This document shows positions 19,092 through 28,548 of a DNA stretch of 64,000 nucleotides, piece after piece (position 1 is the stretch's first letter; each line of letters opens with the position of its first letter). Location: NCBI GenBank assembly GCA_963922815.1, contig CAWUKD010000001.1:36631-100630 (forward strand), in the 5' to 3' direction. The notes under the pieces were generated by a model. It was not told the DNA's origin. It saw only the letters and a list, made by a program, of their open reading frames with translations, and made no database searches. This stretch comes from an uncultured Gammaproteobacteria bacterium. Lineage in GTDB: Bacteria > Pseudomonadota > Gammaproteobacteria > Steroidobacterales > SZUA-146. The translations under genes were made by a program, and so were the position numbers.

Positions 19092-20210
19092 TCAGGCGGA
19101 CGCACTTCTCTCGATGACTCTGAGGCAGCTGTTAATTTCATTCAGGTCAATATAGTAGCCGCGCAAATGTCGATAGCCGGATGCCGGATCGAAACCGGTG
19201 CGACCATGAAGCACGCGCTTGTTGGCCATCATGACCATCTCGCCTGGCTGCAATCGATACTCAACGCGATACTTCTCGCTGCGAACCCGATGCATGAGAT
19301 TTTGATACGCGGCATAGAACTGCAACATCTCGTCAGTTTCCAGATCCGGCACGTCGGCAATGTGTGCGTTAAACGTGAAAGCGTCGAACTGACCGTCGGC
19401 CCGCTGCGTAATCACCGGCCAGCGAGACACGATGTCGCACGTGTCGTCGAAAAACCGCCACGGCAATGTTATGCGCTTCAGCGTTTCGAATGCGTCAGGC
19501 TCCTCACGCGCCAGGTCCTGGCAGATTTGAAAACCGTCGGCAAACACCGAATCGCCGCCTTCGGCGCTGTTGGCGATACAGTGTAAAAACTGCGCACCGG
19601 GAATGTAGTCCTGGTTGGGCAAGTCCGTGTGCAGCGGCAGCGACAAGGCGGTGTACGCCAGATTGTTCGCATCTGGCTTGTTCACCACGTCGAACATCAC
19701 ACCAAAGTTGGTGCGCCGTTTAAACCCGATCAGGTCACCGAACGCTTCGCCGGCCATAGGATCATCATCAAGCTGATCGATTATCACGATGCCATGCGAT
19801 TTGAAGGCCGCCAGCATGTTCCCAAGCTCGGCCGCACTGTCGCGACAGGCCTTCGCTGAAAACCTCGGGATGGTGCCCAGCGTATCGGCCGTCCAGGTTT
19901 GCTGCTCGATGGCGGCCGCGTCTGCACGGGGCACGCCTGGCCGGTGCCGATAGAGCCAGCCCGCATCGAACACCGATTCGGCGTCTTCGTCCGGCCAGCG
20001 CAGGAGAAGGCTGTTCGCAGTAAAACGAGGTTGTTTGGGGCGGATATCGAGAGCAACGGTCGTCAGGTCAAACGTGCGTTCGTGGGTGACCGGATGAAAG
20101 CCGGCGGGATCATTGTCGCGAAGCCAGATGTGGGGAAACGACGCCCGCACGCCATTGCCAAAGGACACATGAATGCTGGCATGGTCACAGTCAATTGCCG
20201 TTAAGATCAT
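19092..20210 (-). CDS. Gamma-butyrobetaine dioxygenase-like Fe(II)/2-oxoglutarate oxygenase (DUF971 + TauD/TfdA fold)
   Basis: N-terminal FPHIWLRDNDP (DUF971-like). H-x-D in LPLHTDLPNQ and a distal His in NKRVLHGRTGF. First gene of the cluster. Confidence 0.8.
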   Translation of the reverse strand: MILTAIDCDHASIHVSFGNGVRASFPHIWLRDNDPAGFHPVTHERTFDLTTVALDIRPKQPRFTANSLLLRWPDEDAESVFDAGWLYRHRPGVPRADAAAIEQQTWTADTLGTIPRFSAKACRDSAAELGNMLAAFKSHGIVIIDQLDDDPMAGEAFGDLIGFKRRTNFGVMFDVVNKPDANNLAYTALSLPLHTDLPNQDYIPGAQFLHCIANSAEGGDSVFADGFQICQDLAREEPDAFETLKRITLPWRFFDDTCDIVSRWPVITQRADGQFDAFTFNAHIADVPDLETDEMLQFYAAYQNLMHRVRSEKYRVEYRLQPGEMVMMANKRVLHGRTGFDPASGYRHLRGYYIDLNEINSCLRVIERSASA

Positions 20211-20563
20211 CTGAGCTTCCCTTTGGAGCGACAGCCTCTGATGAGTCTGATCGCATCACAACCGATCGGGATTAACCTGGTGCTTTCTGGAACAGAGTCG
20301 TCATCACCGGTTTAAATCGGTAAACACATTGGCCGTACCCGAGACTAACAGCCGTTGGTACGACGCACCCGTGGCAGCGGGAGCTGCCTGAGATTCAGGA
20401 AGTGGGTGGTGGCCACCAATCCAGAGTTTTTACGTAACCGCGCATGTGGGACATAGTACTTTCTCTCCCTCTGTCCTTTGAAGCTACTCCAAGATTTGCC
20501 CTGTGGCAACATATTTAACGGAGAACATCAGGTTAAAACGGGCAGGCGCAACCCCAAACGCAA

Positions 20564-20595
20564 CGCGCCGTCCGAAGCGAGCTCCGGACGGCGCG
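20564..20595 (-). terminator. GC-rich hairpin just downstream of sat-cysC (putative terminator)
   Basis: An 11-bp perfect stem, cgcgccgtccg / cggacggcgcg, with a 10-nt loop. On the minus strand it is followed by ttgcgtttggggtt, which is only moderately U-rich. Confidence 0.4.
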
Positions 20596-20622
20596 AAACG
20601 TACTTATGATAAAAATCGGGTG

Positions 20623-22335
20623 CTAGCGTACGTAGCCCAGCTGCTCGAGCTTGATCAACATGCGATGGGCCGCAAGGTCAGGCGTGAGCTGTCCCGTATC
20701 AATCACCATCTCAGGATTTTCAGGCACATCATACGGATCATCGATTCCGGTAAAGCCTTTAATCAAACCGGCGCGTGCTTTGGCGTAAAGACCCTTACGA
20801 TCCCGCGCTTCGCACACTTCGATGGGCGTAGCCACATGAATTTCGATAAACCCGCCGTTCTGCGAAATCAGCTCGCGAACCTGGCGACGCGTTGCGGCGT
20901 ACGGTGCGATCGGTGCACAAATGGCAATTCCGCCGTTCTTGGTAATCTCGCTCGCCACGAAACCAATACGCTGGATATTCAGGTCGCGATGCTCTTTGGA
21001 GAAGTTCAGCTCACTCGACAGGTTCTTTCGCACGATGTCTCCATCGAGCAACGTCACCGGTCGTGAACCGTCTTCCAGCAGCTTGACCATCAGCGCATTA
21101 GCAATAGTTGATTTGCCCGAACCGGACAGGCCGGTAAAGAATACGGTAAAGCCCTGCTCGTGCTTGGGTGGATGAGCCTTGCGCAACTCTTCGACCACTT
21201 TCGGGTACGAAAACCACTCCGGAATATCCAGCCCTTCGCGAAGGCGACGGCGGAACTCGGTGCCCGACAGGTTGAGCACGGTATCCGTCTTGTCGACTTC
21301 GTCGGCCGGCATGTACTCGGCTTTATTCTCGACGTACACCATCATCTTGAACGGTACCATCGCGATATCGAGCTCTTTCTCGTGTTTCAGAAACAGCTCC
21401 TGCGCCTCGTACGGGCCATAAAATGGATTGCCGTCCTTGTCGTTGCCAGGCCCCGCATGGTCCCGGCCAACTACAAAGTGGGTACAACCGTAGTTCTTGC
21501 GAATAATCGCGTGCCAGATCGCTTCGCGCGGTCCGCCCATACGCATCGCAAGGTTCAACAGGCTCAGCTGAGTGGTTTGCTCAGGGTACTGCTCAAGCAC
21601 GTGCTCGTAGCATCGTACGCGCGTGAAGTGATCGATATCGCCAGGCTTGGTCATACCAACCACCGGCTGAATAAGAAGGTTGGCTTCGACATCGCGTGCG
21701 GCGCGGAACGTCAGTTCCTGATGCGCGCGGTGCAGCGGGTTACGGGTTTGAAACGCCACCACTTTGCGCCAGCCCATTTTGCGAAAACGACCGCGAAGTT
21801 CTGACGGCGTGTCGCGCAGCAGTTTGAAATCGTAATAGGTCGGAGGTTCGATGCCTCGAACGATACCGCCGAGGTAAACAGGGTTCGACTGGTTCTTCAA
21901 AAAGGCTACGGCAGGATGCAGGTCGTCCGTCGTACCGTAAACCCGCTCGGCTTCCGACATCAGGTCAGGCGCGTAAATATCGGAGACCTCGAACGTCGCC
22001 AGCAGCACGCCTTCAAGATCGCGTAGCGCAATGGTCTGGCCCGCTTTGATCGAATCGGCAAACTCCTGACTCACATCAAGCGTAACCGGCATTGGCCACA
22101 ATACGCCGCTGGTCAGACGCATGTCGTCGCACACGCCGTTGTAGTCAGCTTCCGTCATGAAACCTTCAAGCGGGGAAAAGGCGCCGTTCATCATCAGATC
22201 AAGATCACAGATCTGTCGCTGCGTCAGGTCCCAGGATGGATAATCCTTGGCCAGTTCCTTTTCCTGGTCTGCCCGGTCCTCGGACATGTACAGCTCTTTG
22301 AGTTTGCCGCCATGCGGCTCTTTAAATGCGCCCAC
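20623..22335 (-). CDS. sat-cysC: Bifunctional sulfate adenylyltransferase (Sat-type ATP sulfurylase) / adenylylsulfate kinase
   Basis: N-terminal PHGGKLKEL..NGAFSPLEGFM, then QTRNPLHRAHQEL and HFVVGRDHAGPG (ATP sulfurylase motifs). The C-terminal domain has an intact P-loop, FFTGLSGSGKSTIANAL (APS kinase). GTG start with AAGGAA upstream. Confidence 0.9.
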   Translation of the reverse strand: MGAFKEPHGGKLKELYMSEDRADQEKELAKDYPSWDLTQRQICDLDLMMNGAFSPLEGFMTEADYNGVCDDMRLTSGVLWPMPVTLDVSQEFADSIKAGQTIALRDLEGVLLATFEVSDIYAPDLMSEAERVYGTTDDLHPAVAFLKNQSNPVYLGGIVRGIEPPTYYDFKLLRDTPSELRGRFRKMGWRKVVAFQTRNPLHRAHQELTFRAARDVEANLLIQPVVGMTKPGDIDHFTRVRCYEHVLEQYPEQTTQLSLLNLAMRMGGPREAIWHAIIRKNYGCTHFVVGRDHAGPGNDKDGNPFYGPYEAQELFLKHEKELDIAMVPFKMMVYVENKAEYMPADEVDKTDTVLNLSGTEFRRRLREGLDIPEWFSYPKVVEELRKAHPPKHEQGFTVFFTGLSGSGKSTIANALMVKLLEDGSRPVTLLDGDIVRKNLSSELNFSKEHRDLNIQRIGFVASEITKNGGIAICAPIAPYAATRRQVRELISQNGGFIEIHVATPIEVCEARDRKGLYAKARAGLIKGFTGIDDPYDVPENPEMVIDTGQLTPDLAAHRMLIKLEQLGYVR

Positions 22336-22346
22336 GTTATTATTCC

Positions 22347-22973
22347 TTAAGTTATCGATGCCGAGGCATCAGTTAGTTCATTGGTTGTTAGTCCACTGAG
22401 CAGCAGGTCGGTGCAGTGCTGCACGACGCTGAACAAATCCAGTTCCGGATCCCTGACAATCAGGTGTCCCCAGGAATTACACAGCCCAATCACCGAATGG
22501 GCGGCCATCCTGCAGTTGACGCCGGTGCGCACGTCTCCACGCGCCTGAGCCTCAACAAAAATATCTTCCAGCGACTGCCGGTAACCGCTGCCCAGTTCAT
22601 GCAGCGTGGTTCGCTTCTCTTCCGGCAAATACAATCGCTCGTCGTTGTAAACCTTGAGCGCCTCGTTGTTTTCCCGATAGCACGACAAATGCGACGTCAC
22701 GCTGGCCATCAGCTTGGCCGCGAACGGCTGCTCAAGCGCGACGATAGAGGCCATGCGGCCCGCGTATTCGCTCAAACCGAGCAAACACACTTCGTGCAAC
22801 GCTTCTACTTTTGATTTGAAGTAGTAGTAGAGGCTGCCCTGCTTGATGCCCAGTTTCGTCGCGATGTCTTTTGTCGTCGCCCCATGAAAGCCCTTGTCAG
22901 CGAACACGCTGGCAGCGGCCCGTATGGCGGCTACCCGTTGCAGCTGATACTTGTCGTCGTCCGTTGTCGTCAT
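22347..22973 (-). CDS. TetR/AcrR-family transcriptional regulator
   Basis: HTH region AASVFADKGFHGATTKDIATKLGIKQGSLYYYFKSK. The stop lies 11 nt before the sat-cysC start on the same strand. Confidence 0.9.
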   Translation of the reverse strand: MTTTDDDKYQLQRVAAIRAAASVFADKGFHGATTKDIATKLGIKQGSLYYYFKSKVEALHEVCLLGLSEYAGRMASIVALEQPFAAKLMASVTSHLSCYRENNEALKVYNDERLYLPEEKRTTLHELGSGYRQSLEDIFVEAQARGDVRTGVNCRMAAHSVIGLCNSWGHLIVRDPELDLFSVVQHCTDLLLSGLTTNELTDASASIT

Positions 22974-22998
22974 GGCTTGGTTCTCAAGAGGAAAACGA

Positions 22999-23018
22999 AT
23001 TCTATTGATCTATAGAAT
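22999..23018. promoter_or_regulatory. Candidate TetR operator (18/20 palindrome)
   Basis: ATTCTATTGATCTATAGAAT lies 26 nt upstream of the tetR start, inside an AT-rich divergent promoter region. A second imperfect palindrome, AATTAATTTATTAATT, lies at ~23042-23057. Confidence 0.4.
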
Positions 23019-23488
23019 AATTGCAAGGGATTTATCATGCGAATTAATTTATTAATTATAACAAATAGTTATAAATCAATATTCTGAATTATGTTCTATC
23101 GCTCAATAGTTTATTGATTTCGCGCGCTCATCACGGTCGTTTGAATAGACTCACGGAGCGTCAGAAAAGAGCAGGCAACAGTACGCGGACAGCCAGCACT
23201 GCAAGTGAGACGCCTGTCACAGTTTCGTCATCGGAGATTAGAATAATCCCCGGATTTTCAGTAGATTGTCGCGTTAGTGCTTTGATACTCTGTCAGCTAT
23301 CAGGCATAAGCGCATGAATAGAATCGTGTTTATGAGCAATCACGAAGACGCTAAAAACCCGTTCCAACCATGTGACCAATGCACAACAAAGTGATATCCT
23401 CCGCGCACTTTTACCCACGCTCGATCCATTAATGGGCACTCCTTAATAGATAGAGCAACAACGTTTACTCCCACACAGGGGAAATTTG

Positions 23489-25975
23489 ATGTTCAAACGA
23501 TTGAGTATTTTCAGCACGTCGGCACTGCTTGCCTTCGCAATCGGCATGCCGGCCATGGGCCAGGGCCTGGAAGAGGTGGTCGTCACCGCAACCAAGCGTG
23601 AAACGACCCTTCAGGACGTGCCCGTTGCAGTAACCGTCACTGATGGTGAAACGCTGCAACAAGCACAAATCATCGATATCGGCGACCTACAGTCGATCGT
23701 ACCTTCGCTGCGTATCACGCAGCTGCAAACGTCCGGTAACACCAACTTCGTGATTCGCGGATTCGGTAACGGCGCCAACAACCCCGGCATCGAGCCCTCG
23801 GTTGGTGTGTTCATTGACGGCGTTTACCGCTCTCGCTCTTCGGGTGCGATTTCGGATCTGACCAACATCGAGCGTATCGAAGTCCTGCGTGGACCACAGA
23901 GCACACTGTTCGGCAAGAACGCATCCGCCGGTGTGATCAGCGTGATCACCAGCAAGCCGTCATTCGAGTTTGGCGGCGGCGGTGAACTCACCGTAGGCAA
24001 TTTCAATACCCTGATGGGTCGCGTGAACGTCACAGGCCCTATAAATGACAAGGTTGCTTACAGCCTGAGCGCCAGCGGCAACCAGCGCAAAGGTTACTTT
24101 GACAACCTGCAAACCGGCAACGAGTCCAACGAACGCGAGCGCTGGTCTCTGCGCGGTCAGCTCTTGTTTGAACCCACTGAAAACAGCTCCTGGCGAGTGA
24201 TCGCCGATCTGGACCAGATCGATGAGTACTGCTGCGGTGTGACCAATCTTCAGGATGGACCCACCGGCGACGTCATCCGCCTGATCGGTGGACAAGTGTT
24301 CTCGAACGACCCGTTCTCACGAGCCGGCTATTTCAACATTGATTCGGTGAACGATATTGAGAACAGCGGTATTTCATTACAGGGCGACGTCGATTTCGAT
24401 CGCTTCTCGCTGACCACCATCACCTCCGTTCGCAGTCAGGACAAATTTGAAGTGGCTGACTCTGACTTCACCAGCGCCGACCTGATTGGCTACAACCTGC
24501 TGGAGACAGAACTGGACACGTTTACTCAGGAAGTTCGCCTGACCTCAAACAGTGACGGCAACGTCGACTGGATGATTGGCGCTTTCTACTTTGACGAAGA
24601 AGTGAAGTTTGCCAACGATCTGGTGTTCGGTCAGGACTTCCGCGCCTATGCTGACACGCTGGCCATGGGCGGCATTAGCGGTCTCGAAGCGGCACTGATG
24701 CTGCCTGGCGGTACGTTCTCCGCACCTGGCCAGGGCACATTCGACGTTTCAGGACAGGACGATACGGCGCTATCCATTTTTGGTCAGGTTGACTGGCATA
24801 TTAATGATCGCACCACGTTGACTCTCGGCCTGAACAACACGAACAACGAAAAAGACGCGTTTGTTACCTCTGTTTCTACAGACGTGTTCTCAGCGGTTAA
24901 TCTGGTTGATGTCGGTTTTGCCGGACTCTTCTCAGCGCTCACCGGTGGACAGGCCCCAACGCCTGCCAACTTTGCCGCGTTCCCGGCCCAGTTCACCCAG
25001 GCGCAGGCATTGAGTACGGTTCCGTGTTCACCAACCACCGGCCCGCTGTGTAACTCGGCGCTGGGACTTCAGCCGCTGCAGTTCATTCCGCCGTTTGTGA
25101 ACTTCCCTAACGCGGTTGAATCAGGTAACTCTGATGACAGCGAAACGACCTACACGGTTCGTCTTGCGTTCGAAATCAATGACACCGTTAACATGTACGC
25201 CAGTGCCGCTACCGGTTTCAAATCGACGTCATGGAACCTGTCACGCGACTCTCGCCCGTTTGCTTCGGACATTCCAGCGCTTACAGCCGCCGGCCTGAAC
25301 ACACCCAACCTGCGCGCAGGTACGCGCTTCGCCGGCCCTGAAGAAGCCACCGTGTACGAAATCGGTTTAAAAGCACAGTTCGAGCGCGGCGCTGTAAACC
25401 TGGCCGTTTTCGATCAGAGCATTGAAGGCTTTCAGTCAAACATCTTTACCGGCACCGGTTTCGACCTGGCTAACGCCGGTGAGCAGTCCACGACTGGTCT
25501 TGAAATCGATACGGTGTTCACACCTAACGACCAGTGGAAGTTTACTTTCGCCGGCACATTCCTCGATCCAACGTATGACTCGTTCGTAAATGGCACAGGC
25601 GTCAACGGACCTGAAGATCTGACGGGTCGCGACCCTGCCGGGATTCACAAAGTGAGTCTTAACACATCGGGCACGTACTACCACGACTTCAGCAACGGCC
25701 TGGAAGGGTTTATCCGCGCTGACTATACGTACGAAGATAAAGTACAGATCGTCGAAAACGTTTCGGCCGACCTCGCGTCACGCGAAGTCAGCATGCTGAA
25801 CGCCAGTTTTGGCCTGCTGTTCGACAACGGATTTGAGCTGACGGTCTGGGGCCGCAACATCACCGATGACGAGCACCTGCTCAGCGCCTTCCCTACCGTA
25901 GTACAGACCGGTAGCTTTAGCGGCTACCCTAACCCGCCGCGAACCTACGGTCTGACCGTACGTAAGAGCTTCTAA
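23489..25975 (+). CDS. TonB-dependent outer-membrane receptor
   Basis: Signal peptide MFKRLSIFSTSALLAFAIGMPAMG, TonB-box/plug LEEVVVTATKRETTLQDVPVAVTV, IERIEVLRGPQSTLFGKNA, and a C-terminal beta-barrel ending in ..TYGLTVRKSF. The ATG at 23489 lies directly after the TTG start used by the track. Confidence 0.9.
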   Translation: MFKRLSIFSTSALLAFAIGMPAMGQGLEEVVVTATKRETTLQDVPVAVTVTDGETLQQAQIIDIGDLQSIVPSLRITQLQTSGNTNFVIRGFGNGANNPGIEPSVGVFIDGVYRSRSSGAISDLTNIERIEVLRGPQSTLFGKNASAGVISVITSKPSFEFGGGGELTVGNFNTLMGRVNVTGPINDKVAYSLSASGNQRKGYFDNLQTGNESNERERWSLRGQLLFEPTENSSWRVIADLDQIDEYCCGVTNLQDGPTGDVIRLIGGQVFSNDPFSRAGYFNIDSVNDIENSGISLQGDVDFDRFSLTTITSVRSQDKFEVADSDFTSADLIGYNLLETELDTFTQEVRLTSNSDGNVDWMIGAFYFDEEVKFANDLVFGQDFRAYADTLAMGGISGLEAALMLPGGTFSAPGQGTFDVSGQDDTALSIFGQVDWHINDRTTLTLGLNNTNNEKDAFVTSVSTDVFSAVNLVDVGFAGLFSALTGGQAPTPANFAAFPAQFTQAQALSTVPCSPTTGPLCNSALGLQPLQFIPPFVNFPNAVESGNSDDSETTYTVRLAFEINDTVNMYASAATGFKSTSWNLSRDSRPFASDIPALTAAGLNTPNLRAGTRFAGPEEATVYEIGLKAQFERGAVNLAVFDQSIEGFQSNIFTGTGFDLANAGEQSTTGLEIDTVFTPNDQWKFTFAGTFLDPTYDSFVNGTGVNGPEDLTGRDPAGIHKVSLNTSGTYYHDFSNGLEGFIRADYTYEDKVQIVENVSADLASREVSMLNASFGLLFDNGFELTVWGRNITDDEHLLSAFPTVVQTGSFSGYPNPPRTYGLTVRKSF

Positions 25976-26010
25976 GACTGGCTCTAACGCAGCACCACGC
26001 AAGATCAGAA

Positions 26011-26037
26011 AAGCCGGAGTTTATCTCCGGCTTTTTT
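26011..26037 (+). terminator. Rho-independent terminator of the TonB-dependent receptor gene
   Basis: agccggag-tttat-ctccggct followed by a run of T. Confidence 0.75.
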
Positions 26038-26055
26038 GTTGGCGATTTGTGAACG

Positions 26056-27051
26056 GTGACAGGTAGACTTCACCAATTGTTCACCGCAAGTTCACCCGGG
26101 TGCGGGCAATCTGAGTATCCATCAGATTCACTCACCGGGGAGACGATCATCGACTCTTTAAGCAACCAGCAAAGGGAGACAGGCATCCACCCTTCAACCA
26201 AACGCGGCATCATAGGGATTGCCATCGCCGCCGTACTCGGCATTCTCATCGCACTGGCCGGTAACTCAGGCAGCGTTACAGCCTTCGGCACAGGACTATT
26301 CGGCCTGTGTGTCCTGCTTGCGTTCGCGATTCAGGTGGTCGTGTTTCTGCCCTCGTTCATGGCGCAGACCGAACACTATTTTGATCTGACCGGGTCCGTG
26401 ACCTATCTGTCGGTTGTCGTACTGGCGCTGGCACTAAGCCCCGTACTCGACACCCGTTCGCTGATCATTGGTGCGCTCATTGCGGTCTGGGCGATCCGAC
26501 TTGGAACGTTTCTGTTTCGACGCATTAAGAAAGACGGTTCCGACAGCCGCTTTGACGAGATCAAACCCAATTTCGCCCGCTTCCTGATGGCCTGGTGCCT
26601 GCAAGGTGTCTGGGTAAGCGTCACGGCAGCGGCCGGACTTGCAGCCATCGCCAGCCAGACCAAGACCGAACTGGGCCTGATCGGCTGGGCAGGTATCGCG
26701 ATCTGGCTCACCGGGTTTACGATCGAAGTCATCGCCGACTGGCAGAAGCGGCAGCATCGCGCCGAGCACCCGGGCGAGTTTATCAGCAGCGGGCTGTGGG
26801 CCTGGTCCCGACACCCGAACTACTTTGGTGAAATCGTTCTGTGGATCGGCGTCGCCATAATCGCGCTGCCGGCACTTTCCGGCTGGCAATACGCCACGCT
26901 GATTTCGCCCGTGTTCGTGTATCTGCTGCTGACTCGCGCCAGCGGCGTGCCGTTACTTGAGGCCAAGTCAGATAAACGCTGGGGAGACGACCCCGCGTAC
27001 CAGCACTACAAGGAAAACACGCCGGAACTCATGATGCGAAAGCCTCGATAA
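26056..27051 (+). CDS. DUF1295 / steroid-5-alpha-reductase-like polytopic membrane protein
   Basis: Multiple TM segments and the family signature WSRHPNYFGEIVLWIGVAI. The exact start is uncertain; the first ~50 aa may not be translated. Confidence 0.7.
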   Translation: MTGRLHQLFTASSPGCGQSEYPSDSLTGETIIDSLSNQQRETGIHPSTKRGIIGIAIAAVLGILIALAGNSGSVTAFGTGLFGLCVLLAFAIQVVVFLPSFMAQTEHYFDLTGSVTYLSVVVLALALSPVLDTRSLIIGALIAVWAIRLGTFLFRRIKKDGSDSRFDEIKPNFARFLMAWCLQGVWVSVTAAAGLAAIASQTKTELGLIGWAGIAIWLTGFTIEVIADWQKRQHRAEHPGEFISSGLWAWSRHPNYFGEIVLWIGVAIIALPALSGWQYATLISPVFVYLLLTRASGVPLLEAKSDKRWGDDPAYQHYKENTPELMMRKPR

Positions 27052-27066
27052 CGATAGATTTTCAGC

Positions 27067-27096
27067 GCGGGCTGTTACCTCAGCGTGACAGCCCGC
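27067..27096 (+). terminator. Hairpin after the DUF1295 gene (putative terminator)
   Basis: A 9-bp stem, gcgggctgt / acagcccgc, followed by tgtcttcgtgg (weak U tract). Confidence 0.35.
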
Positions 27097-27329
27097 TGTC
27101 TTCGTGGTGCAATAGCGGAAACCCACCAGGTTACGACTATGTCACTTACCCATCACCGCGCACACGCCGCTGTTCCTCAATGCTGCAAGGGACACTTCGA
27201 TTTTGCCCATGATCGGCTAACCTCGCCTTCGTCGGATATCAGGCTTTGTAGCCGGCGTCATGACGTCGGCCAGAGCTCGCGCGGCCCTGCTCCGGCCCCA
27301 GTTCCGGCTTCGGCTTCGGTTCAATCGCA

Positions 27330-28448
27330 ATGACACGCCCACAGGATGTCACCCAGCCGCTGGCAGGACTGCGTGTACTGGACCTGTCGCGCGTACTGGC
27401 CGGCCCGTTTGCGGCGCAAATGCTCGGCGACCTTGGTGCAGATGTCATCAAGGTTGAGCATCCCGACCGCGGGGACGACACGCGCCGATGGGGCCCACCG
27501 TTCGTACCAAACAACGCAGGCGAGCGCGGTAACGCCGCGTATTTTTACTGCGCGAACCGCAACAAAACCTTTAAAGGCATCGACTTCAAAACCGCCGAAG
27601 GCCAGCAGCGTATTCGGCGCATGGTCACTGACGTCGACATACTTATCGAAAACTACAAAGTCGACACGCTGAAGGAGTACGGCCTCGACTATGCGTCGCT
27701 TAAAGCAATCAATCCCGGTCTGATTTACTGCTCGATAACCGGGTTTGGCCAGACCGGACCCTATCGGAACCGGCCCGGATACGATTTTATTATTCAGGGC
27801 ATGTCGGGACTCATGAGCATCACCGGAAAACCCGATGACCAACCGGGCGGCGGCCCGCTGCGAGCCGGTATCGCCGTCGCCGACCTGTCGGCCGGACTGC
27901 ACGCCGTTACCGGCATCCTATCGGCACTGCATGCGCGCCTCTCAACTCAACAAGGCTGCCACATCGATATCTCGCTGCTGGATACGCAGGTGTCAATGCT
28001 TACTCACCACGCCAGCAACTACCTCAACGGCGGCGGCGTACCTGCTCGAATTGGCAACACGCACCCGAACATTGTGCCGTACCAGGTGTTTGATACCGCC
28101 GATGCGCCGATCATTGTTGCCGTAGGCAACGACCAGCAGTACGGAAAACTCTGCAGCGCGATGGGCCAACCTGAATTAGCCACAGACAGTCGGTTTGCCC
28201 ACAACCACGATCGCGTTACCCATCGAGAGACACTCGTTGGAATCCTGCAGGATATTCTGAAAACACAGACCGCTGATCACTGGCTGGATTTGCTGATCAG
28301 CGCCGACGTGCCGGCGGGCCCGGTTAACAATTTGCAGCAGGTGTTTGAAGATCCTCAGCTGGTGTCCCGGCAGATGTGTCTGGAATTCGATACCGAAGAC
28401 ACCAGCGGCGTTCGAGCGGCCGCCAATCCGATTGTGTTTACCAGGTAA
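27330..28448 (+). CDS. Family III CoA-transferase (CaiB/BaiF/Frc family)
   Basis: PLAGLRVLDLSRVLAGPFAAQMLGDLGADVIKVE..GDD.R is the canonical N-terminus of the family. Also contains PGYDFIIQGMSGLMSITG. Confidence 0.85.
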   Translation: MTRPQDVTQPLAGLRVLDLSRVLAGPFAAQMLGDLGADVIKVEHPDRGDDTRRWGPPFVPNNAGERGNAAYFYCANRNKTFKGIDFKTAEGQQRIRRMVTDVDILIENYKVDTLKEYGLDYASLKAINPGLIYCSITGFGQTGPYRNRPGYDFIIQGMSGLMSITGKPDDQPGGGPLRAGIAVADLSAGLHAVTGILSALHARLSTQQGCHIDISLLDTQVSMLTHHASNYLNGGGVPARIGNTHPNIVPYQVFDTADAPIIVAVGNDQQYGKLCSAMGQPELATDSRFAHNHDRVTHRETLVGILQDILKTQTADHWLDLLISADVPAGPVNNLQQVFEDPQLVSRQMCLEFDTEDTSGVRAAANPIVFTR

Positions 28449-28548
28449 ACTTCCCGGGGAATCTTGCCGGGTGAGCCATTCGCGAATGACTCATGCAGGG
28501 TCGGTCGTGTTGACGGGAGAATCAGCACTTCGAGAGTACTGACCGCGA

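Noticed and set aside
23114-23485. A possible cobalamin (or other) riboswitch, or a Fur box, in the ~370-nt leader of the TonB-dependent receptor.
   Set aside because: There are only vague resemblances (AATAG..GCAACAGTA..AGCCAGCA). The contiguous B12 box and the GGGAA / CCCGCAAC cores are absent. The receptor is not BtuB-like. The AT-rich palindromes do not match GATAATGATAATCATTATC well. An Infernal scan (RF00174, RF00059) would settle it, and I cannot support a call.
27330-28448. Assigning the family III CoA-transferase as CaiB of the carnitine pathway.
   Set aside because: It lies 7 kb from the carnitine operon, on the other strand, and is separated from it by unrelated genes. The family is functionally very broad, so only the family-level call is kept.
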